NCBI GenBank assembly: GCA_964414795.1
Contig: CAYPWV010000002.1
Coordinates: 5,057-69,056, forward strand
Source: an uncultured Gammaproteobacteria bacterium
GTDB taxonomy: Bacteria; Patescibacteriota; Patescibacteriia; UBA9934
DNA: 64,000 bases
Reading direction: 5' to 3'
The notes under the pieces were generated by a model. That model was not told where the DNA came from, made no database searches, and saw only the letters and a list, made by a program, of their open reading frames with translations. The position numbers and the translations under genes were made by a program. Below, in pieces: positions 58,262 to 64,000 of this stretch (position 1 is the first letter of the stretch; the number at the start of each line of letters is the position of its first letter).

Positions 58262-58735
58262 ATGACTGAAGAAGTAAAAAACATCGTTCCTGCAGAAGGT
58301 GGGGAAGCACCTGTGGCAGCTCCTGCAAAAACAGGAAAAAAATCAGATCGTGTGCTTACCGCAAAAGGTAAAAAGCGCACCATTAAGCAAATCCCTCAAG
58401 GATGCGCATACGTGCACGCAAGTTACAACAACACTATCGTTTCTATCACCGATCCTCATGGCAATCTTATTGCTTGGGCATCAGCAGGAAATTGCGGCTT
58501 TAAGGGTCCTAAAAAGGCTACCCCGTACGCAGCAAGTGTTGTAGTAAAAAAAGCTGCAGAAAAAGCAGCGGTGTACGGTTTAAAAGATATTCAAGTGTAC
58601 GTAACGGGTATCGGAAACGGCCGCGATGGCGCAATGCGTGCATTAAACGCAAATGGCTTCAACGTTCTTTCTCTTACTGATACCACGCCAGTTGCACATA
58701 ACGGGTGCCGCCCGCGCCGTGCACGTCGCGTGTAA
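58262..58735 (+). CDS. rpsK: 30S ribosomal protein S11 (N-terminally extended)
   Basis: ASYNNTIV, GFKGPKKATPYAA, TPVAHNGCRP. Confidence 0.97.
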   Translation: MTEEVKNIVPAEGGEAPVAAPAKTGKKSDRVLTAKGKKRTIKQIPQGCAYVHASYNNTIVSITDPHGNLIAWASAGNCGFKGPKKATPYAASVVVKKAAEKAAVYGLKDIQVYVTGIGNGRDGAMRALNANGFNVLSLTDTTPVAHNGCRPRRARRV

Positions 58736-58750
58736 CGCAGACATCATTCT

Positions 58751-59371
58751 ATGGGAAAAAATTTACGCCCCCTTGGAAAGCTGAGCCGTCGCGAAAACGT
58801 GCCCCTTTCCACTTCTACGAGCATTTTGAAAGTCATGCAGCGTCGTCCGTATGCACCTGGTGTACACGGAAGTCCAAATGCACGTCCACCCAAAGTTTCG
58901 GTGTACGGACAGCAGTTGCGTGAAAAACAAAAAGCAAAGCGTTTGTACGGCATGATGGAAAAGCAGTTCCGTAATTATTTCACCAAGGCAGCTGCCATGG
59001 AAGGAAATACCGGAGAACAGCTTTCTCGTTTGCTCGAAACGCGTTTGGACAATGTGGTGTTCCGTCTCGGATTTGCAAAAACCCGTCCACAGGCACGCCA
59101 AATGGTAAGTCACTGCATGTTTATGATAAATGGTGAAACGGTAAACATTCCGTCGTATCATGTACGTGTCGGCGACGTTATCGAAATTCGTGCGAACAAG
59201 AACGCGAAAAAAGTCTTTTCCGATCTTGCTGAGCGCATGAAAACACACAAAGTTCCTGGGTGGCTTCATTTGGAGGAAATGAAGGGAAAAATGGTGAGTA
59301 CTCCAGTTGGTGAAGATCTCAAGGAAGCGTTCGATCCTACGTTAATCGTCGAATTCTATTCCATGCGCTAA
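58751..59371 (+). CDS. rpsD: 30S ribosomal protein S4
   Basis: PGVHG, YGQQLREKQK, LETRLDNVVFRLG, VNIPSY, LIVEFYS. Confidence 0.97.
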   Translation: MGKNLRPLGKLSRRENVPLSTSTSILKVMQRRPYAPGVHGSPNARPPKVSVYGQQLREKQKAKRLYGMMEKQFRNYFTKAAAMEGNTGEQLSRLLETRLDNVVFRLGFAKTRPQARQMVSHCMFMINGETVNIPSYHVRVGDVIEIRANKNAKKVFSDLAERMKTHKVPGWLHLEEMKGKMVSTPVGEDLKEAFDPTLIVEFYSMR

Positions 59372-59398
59372 GCATTGCTTGGCCTAATCTTTATCCGT

Positions 59399-60151
59399 AT
59401 GGAGACCATTTTTCTCCCTTCAAAGATGCACATCGCTCCTGGCGACATGCCCAACACTGCAACGCTTACCATTGAGCCGCTCCATCACGGATACGGCACA
59501 ACCGTAGGAAATGCCTTGCGTCGTGTATTGCTCTCTTCTTTGCCGGGTGCTGCAGTTACTGCAGTAAAAATCAAAGGTGCTCAGCACGAGTTTCAGGCAA
59601 TTACCGGAGTAAAAGAAGATATCCTCGATATCGTTCTTGCGCTCAAGCAGTTGCGTATGAAGGTGCATGCTGATGAGGCGGTAACGCTGAAGCTTGTAAA
59701 GAAAGGTGTAGGACCGGTCACTGCCGCAGACATTGAAAAAAATGCTGATGTAGACATCGCAAATCCTGAACTTGTTCTTGCAAACATCACTGCAGCTGCT
59801 ACCACGCTCGACATGGAAATCACCGTTTCTCGTGGTCGTGGATTCTTGCCAACCGAAGAGCGTGAAAACATCACTTCCGATATCGGTGTGATGGCTATTG
59901 ATGCGCTCTTTAGCCCCGTTCGCCAAGTAAGCTTAAAGGTGGAGAATACGCGTGTTGGCGATATTACCAACTACGATAAGCTCATTATGAACATCGAAAC
60001 CGATGGCACAATTGATCCTTCCGAAGCTTTTGAACAGGCAACAAAAATTCTCATCAATCACTTTACCTGGATGCAAGGTCAATTAAGCAATGCATCGCTT
60101 ACTGAACAAATCATTCGCTCTAAGGAGGAGGGGCAGAAGAGTGACGAATAA
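59399..60151 (+). CDS. rpoA: RNA polymerase alpha subunit (no alpha-CTD)
   Basis: EPLHHGYGTTVGNALRRVLLSS, HEF..ITGVKED, IDALFSPV, RVG...YDKL; ends at 250 aa. Confidence 0.96.
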   Translation: METIFLPSKMHIAPGDMPNTATLTIEPLHHGYGTTVGNALRRVLLSSLPGAAVTAVKIKGAQHEFQAITGVKEDILDIVLALKQLRMKVHADEAVTLKLVKKGVGPVTAADIEKNADVDIANPELVLANITAAATTLDMEITVSRGRGFLPTEERENITSDIGVMAIDALFSPVRQVSLKVENTRVGDITNYDKLIMNIETDGTIDPSEAFEQATKILINHFTWMQGQLSNASLTEQIIRSKEEGQKSDE

Positions 60152-60153
60152 CT

Positions 60154-60504
60154 ATGCGTCATAATAATAAAAATAAAATCTTGAGTCGCAAGGCTCCGCT
60201 GCGAAAAGCGCTCATCCGCGACCTCGTTACCGCAATGGTAACGCACGAGCGAATTGAAACGCCTCTCGTACGCGCAAAGGTTGCACGTCAACAGCTTGAA
60301 AAGCTTATTACCGTTGCAAAAACCCCTTCGCTCCAGTCGCGTCGCCGCTTGCTTGCATTCTTTACTACCGATCAACCGGTAAAAAAGCTGCTCGAAGTGA
60401 TTGGTCCTCGCTACGCAGAGCGCAAGGGAGGGTATACGCGTATCACCAAAATGGGTCACCGTTTAGGAGATGCTGCAGAAACCGCTATCATTGAATTTGT
60501 GTAA
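60154..60504 (+). CDS. rplQ: 50S ribosomal protein L17
   Basis: MRH...LSR, R.GGYTRI.K...R.GDAA. Confidence 0.97.
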   Translation: MRHNNKNKILSRKAPLRKALIRDLVTAMVTHERIETPLVRAKVARQQLEKLITVAKTPSLQSRRRLLAFFTTDQPVKKLLEVIGPRYAERKGGYTRITKMGHRLGDAAETAIIEFV

Positions 60505-60507
60505 TAT

Positions 60508-60867
60508 ATGACCAAGACTATTGAACGCAAAACCTATACGGTAGACGCTTCGGATAAAATCCTTGGTCGTATGGCAACGGATATTGCTCGTCACCTTACC
60601 GGTAAAACCAGCACTTCATTTCAGCCGCATCTTGATGTAGGAGACTACGTCACGGTAACCAACGTTGCAGGAATGAAAGTCACCGGAAAGAAGTACGATC
60701 AAAAGATCTACCATCATCACTCCGGTCATCCAGGAGGAATTAAGGCGAAAACCATGCGCCAACTCTGGGAGCAAGATCCCGCACTTGTTCTTCGCGCAGC
60801 CGTTTCTCGTATGCTTCCTAAAAACAAGCACCGCGACACACGCATGCAACGTCTCACTATTTCCTAA
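60508..60867 (+). CDS. rplM: 50S ribosomal protein L13
   Basis: VDA...LGR.A, GK, GDYV.V.N, HSGHPGG, MLPKN. Confidence 0.96.
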   Translation: MTKTIERKTYTVDASDKILGRMATDIARHLTGKTSTSFQPHLDVGDYVTVTNVAGMKVTGKKYDQKIYHHHSGHPGGIKAKTMRQLWEQDPALVLRAAVSRMLPKNKHRDTRMQRLTIS

Positions 60868-60872
60868 GGTAT

Positions 60873-61268
60873 ATGGCAGAAACATATTTTCATTCCGTAG
60901 GTCGTAGAAAGACTGCGGTTGCCCAGGTTCGCTTGTCCGCAGGCGGTTCTGGCAAGGTAACGGTAAACGAACGTCCTTTCGAGGAAGTGTTTACCACCGA
61001 AACACTTCGGCTCATGGTTGCACGCCCGCTCAGCGAGTGTGGCAAGCGTGAAGCGGTAGATATTGAGATCAAAACGTCGGGTGGTGGTATGGTTGGGCAA
61101 GCTGATGCTGCTCGCCTTGCAATTGCTCGTGCGCTCCTTAAAATGGATGATGCACTTAAGTCCGCGCTCAAAGGCCCCGGCCTTCTCACGCGTGACCCTC
61201 GCAAGAAGGAACGCAAAAAGCCAGGTAAGCGCGGCGCACGTCGCTCTTCTCAATGGCGAAAGCGTTAG
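60873..61268 (+). CDS. rpsI: 30S ribosomal protein S9
   Basis: GRRKTAVA, GGG..GQA.A, LTRDPR.KERKKPG, QWRKR. Confidence 0.97.
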   Translation: MAETYFHSVGRRKTAVAQVRLSAGGSGKVTVNERPFEEVFTTETLRLMVARPLSECGKREAVDIEIKTSGGGMVGQADAARLAIARALLKMDDALKSALKGPGLLTRDPRKKERKKPGKRGARRSSQWRKR

Positions 61269-61287
61269 TCAGTCACGTCAATCAAAC

Positions 61288-61320
61288 AAAAAATCCTCGA
61301 TATTGCATCGAGGATTTTTT
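61288..61320. terminator. Bidirectional intrinsic terminator
   Basis: AAAAAATCCTCGAT-ATTGC-ATCGAGGATTTTTT between convergent genes. Confidence 0.85.
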
Positions 61321-61322
61321 GT

Positions 61323-63080
61323 TTATCGATCACGTAACTTTGTATATACGTCTTCTACACCGTATTTTTTAGCTACTTCAGAAGGTGACATGCCGTTCTT
61401 GAGATCTACTGTCGCTTTTGCAGCTTGATTAAAGAGGAGAAAATCCTTTGAAGGATCCCACTTTGGATCATTGTTTGCCCTAATGCGCATGGCCTGTGCT
61501 TCGGTTTTTTGTGATTCATTAAGAACAATTGCGGCTAATACTGCCTGCTTTGGAGCGTTTGGTTTTAAACCAAGTGCTTCGAGCATACGGCCCCCACGTA
61601 ACCAAATGGTTTCATCAGGACCAAGAGCATTCTGAAGAAGTGCGGCGGGAACAGTGTCGTGCGTCTTGGTGCTCTCGAGAGAAGCACGATTTACCCCTGT
61701 ATCTCGTGAAGTCTTTCCGGAGACTGTTGCTGTTGAGCTTTTTTCTTGACGAGGAGCACGTTCGTTTACTTGGTGTGCTTGGCGAGGTGCTGGGCTGCTG
61801 TCGTAGCTTGTTGCAGGGGAAGGCGCTTCGTTTCCCCACTTTGCAAGATCGAGAATCTCGTATGCAGAGGTGAGATCAAGTGCTTGTCCAATGTGCATGT
61901 GCTTTGCCGCATCGCCTTCAAGATGATTTGCTCGACGGAGTGCTCGTACCATTTCGAGCGTTAATTCTCCGCTATCATCTGGTACGCCACTTTTTTCAAC
62001 GATCTGATCAATAATTCCCCAGGGAGTATCGCCCGATTGTGCATTGTAGGTCATGGTTCGACTTTCCGCAGGAGATTCTGCCTCGGCTCTTGGTGTGCGT
62101 TCATTGAGTTTGTGTGGTTGTCGGTAGGAGTCGGGAGAAGAGAGTGCTGAGGTAGTTCCTTGTGCTTTTGATTCCGTATCTTTCAGTGAGTCGAAACCAA
62201 GTTTTACCCCAAAGATTCCCGCAACAACCGCAACTCCGGTAAGAATGCTCGTTTTCCAGCGATTCAAAAAACTGGGTTTTTGTGGTGCCGCACTGAGCGC
62301 GGGGTCAAGATCCTTGTCGCTCAGTTCCTCGCTTGTCTTTGCTGGTTTTTTCGTTCTTTTTGGAGCGGGAGCAGCAGATTCGCGCACTACAAAAGATTCT
62401 TGAGGTTTTTGCGCTTCAGGAGTAGCAGGAACTTCTCGCACCCCCTCTTCGGGATCACTGAATTTTGACATTTCAAGAGGAGGGGCTTGTGTCGTAATAT
62501 CAAATGTTTCATCCCTTTCTTCTTTTCTGGTACGACTTTCGCGCGGAATATCATCCAATTCCGTTCCGGCTACTGCTTCTCCCACACCCTCAGCGCCAAT
62601 TTGTGCAAAGTTACGTTGTCTTTCTGATTTTGGTTCTGCACTTTTACCGGCTAGTTCTTCTGCTTTTTTACGTGCGCGAAGAAGGTGGTCTAATTCCGCA
62701 GCTCTTCTCAAGGAGTCCTGCAACTCTTTATCTTTTTGACGTACTTCTTCTATTGGACGACCAGTTCTCTGAGCCTCTGCAAGGTGTTCTGCATGCTTAG
62801 GATCACCGTAAAAGCCAGGTCTGAAGGCTGTTTTTGGTGGTCGATCTGCAACTTTTTCTACTGCAATATTTTCAGGTGCTGGTTGAGGATGCTTATCCGT
62901 GTATCTTCGAGCTCTTGCGCCTGTATCTGTCTTTTTAGGATCACTGCCTACTTCAGCCTCAGCAGCTTCAAGTTCGGCGAGCACATCTTTAAAAAAGAGA
63001 TCTTCTTCTGGCTCTCCATTGGGACCTGTATAGGTATGAAATTCTCTACCAGGACTTTGTAGATCGCGTGATTTTGCCAT
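61323..63080 (-). CDS. Large low-complexity single-TM protein with LysM-like segment
   Basis: Charged Pro/Glu-rich N-half, TM SILTGVAVVAGIFGV, then TYNAQSGDTPWGI...MHIGQALDL. Confidence 0.7.
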   Translation of the reverse strand: MAKSRDLQSPGREFHTYTGPNGEPEEDLFFKDVLAELEAAEAEVGSDPKKTDTGARARRYTDKHPQPAPENIAVEKVADRPPKTAFRPGFYGDPKHAEHLAEAQRTGRPIEEVRQKDKELQDSLRRAAELDHLLRARKKAEELAGKSAEPKSERQRNFAQIGAEGVGEAVAGTELDDIPRESRTRKEERDETFDITTQAPPLEMSKFSDPEEGVREVPATPEAQKPQESFVVRESAAPAPKRTKKPAKTSEELSDKDLDPALSAAPQKPSFLNRWKTSILTGVAVVAGIFGVKLGFDSLKDTESKAQGTTSALSSPDSYRQPHKLNERTPRAEAESPAESRTMTYNAQSGDTPWGIIDQIVEKSGVPDDSGELTLEMVRALRRANHLEGDAAKHMHIGQALDLTSAYEILDLAKWGNEAPSPATSYDSSPAPRQAHQVNERAPRQEKSSTATVSGKTSRDTGVNRASLESTKTHDTVPAALLQNALGPDETIWLRGGRMLEALGLKPNAPKQAVLAAIVLNESQKTEAQAMRIRANNDPKWDPSKDFLLFNQAAKATVDLKNGMSPSEVAKKYGVEDVYTKLRDR

Positions 63081-63148
63081 ATGAAATAAGATATTTTCAT
63101 CTAGTATATATGATTGCTGAGCGGGGTGCGGTAAGATATGCTCAGCCT

Positions 63149-64000
63149 ATGTCAACTTTAACCAAAAATACCTTTTTGCTTACCATTGCCTCGGTGGGGC
63201 AGAAGGCGATTGCCTTTTTTTACTTTGCGTTTATTGCCAATATTTTGGGGGATGAGAAGCTTTTGGGGGCGTATTTTCTTGCGCTCGTGTTAACGACCAC
63301 CATCGGCGCCCTGGATGATGCGGGCATGACTGCGGTCATTATTCGCGATACCGCAAAGGATGAACAAGGTGCAAAAAAGCTGTTGAAAAACGTTCTTGGA
63401 TGGAAATTGTGCATTATGCCGTTTACGGCAATGCTTGCGTGTATTCTTCCCAGCTTTTTGCATTTTTCTCCTCAGGCGACGGCTTTGGTATATGTTGCCG
63501 TGTTCGTTATGCTTGCAGATACGTTATCGGTAACGTTCTATGGCGTGCTGCGTGGATTGCATACGGTGAAGTTTGAAGCCATGGGCGTGTTTGTGGGGCA
63601 ATCACTTACGGCGATATTTGGTGTGGTGGTGTTGCTGACGCATCATGTTGATTTGCGTTTGCTGGTGGTTGCGCTGTTGTGTGGAAGTGTATGGAATGCC
63701 GTTTTTGCCGCAGTGCACGTTGCGCGAAAATTGGGCAGAGATGCACTTATTCCATCGTTTAGTATGGGAACGCGTCCGCTTCGTTTAGGTGCGATGTTTC
63801 TTTTGGCGACGTTGTTTGTAAAGGTGTATTCGTACATTGATTCGTTTACCATCAAAATGGTGCTGGGGGAGGGAGCGGTTGGTGTGTACAGCATTGCGTA
63901 TAAATTTGCGTATGCGTTTCAATTTTTGCCACTGGCGTTCGTGGGTGCGCTGTATCCGGCGATGAGTGCGCAATTGCATGATAAAGAAGCGCTGAAGAAA
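63149..64000 (+). CDS. Wzx/MOP-family polysaccharide flippase, 3'-truncated by window edge
   Basis: Manual translation MSTLTKNTFLLTIASVGQKAIAFFYF...IARD-like...YSYID...VGVYSIAYK...ALYP; multi-TM. Confidence 0.8.
   Translation, partial: MSTLTKNTFLLTIASVGQKAIAFFYFAFIANILGDEKLLGAYFLALVLTTTIGALDDAGMTAVIIRDTAKDEQGAKKLLKNVLGWKLCIMPFTAMLACILPSFLHFSPQATALVYVAVFVMLADTLSVTFYGVLRGLHTVKFEAMGVFVGQSLTAIFGVVVLLTHHVDLRLLVVALLCGSVWNAVFAAVHVARKLGRDALIPSFSMGTRPLRLGAMFLLATLFVKVYSYIDSFTIKMVLGEGAVGVYSIAYKFAYAFQFLPLAFVGALYPAMSAQLHDKEALKK

Noticed and set aside
44232-61268. Alternative genetic code (TGA recoding as in Gracilibacteria)
   Set aside because: Core genes are full length under code 11, and TGA terminates several genes (e.g. 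TerL, LSR2, ORF6N).
1-64000. CRISPR array or cas operon
   Set aside because: No regularly spaced direct repeats seen. The only Cas4-like motif is in the DUF2779 protein, which has no cas neighbours.

Overview
Bacterial chromosome segment, most likely Patescibacteria/CPR (inferred from a Gmad2 protein, a shortened AlaRS, RpoA lacking the alpha-CTD and compact gene spacing; genetic code 11). Positions ~4.0-43.7 kb are accessory DNA ending at the 3' end of tRNA-Asn(GTT), with a degenerate copy of that tRNA end at ~6.43 kb. The ~37 kb island has two paralogous large serine recombinases pointing outward. It also has a LexA/CI-like switch that faces a structured non-coding leader followed by ParB-methylase, methylase, TerS-like and TerL genes, with no recognisable portal, capsid, tail or replication genes. 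Other cargo: a copper/zinc/disulfide-bond cluster and several defence-like modules (MBL plus membrane protein; PLD-SNF2 helicase, type IIG-like methylase, GmrSD-like and DUF2779 nuclease; HEPN/PD-(D/E)XK trio; HicAB). The right third is core genome: pepA, rsmI, metG, tatD, tsaC, alaS, an intact IS4 element, infA-rpmJ-rpsM-rpsK-rpsD-rpoA-rplQ-rplM-rpsI and a truncated flippase. I also read by hand a 224-bp MITE, a deletion pseudogene, palindromic repeats and small ORFs missing from the ORF track. All family calls come from motif recognition; no database searches were run.
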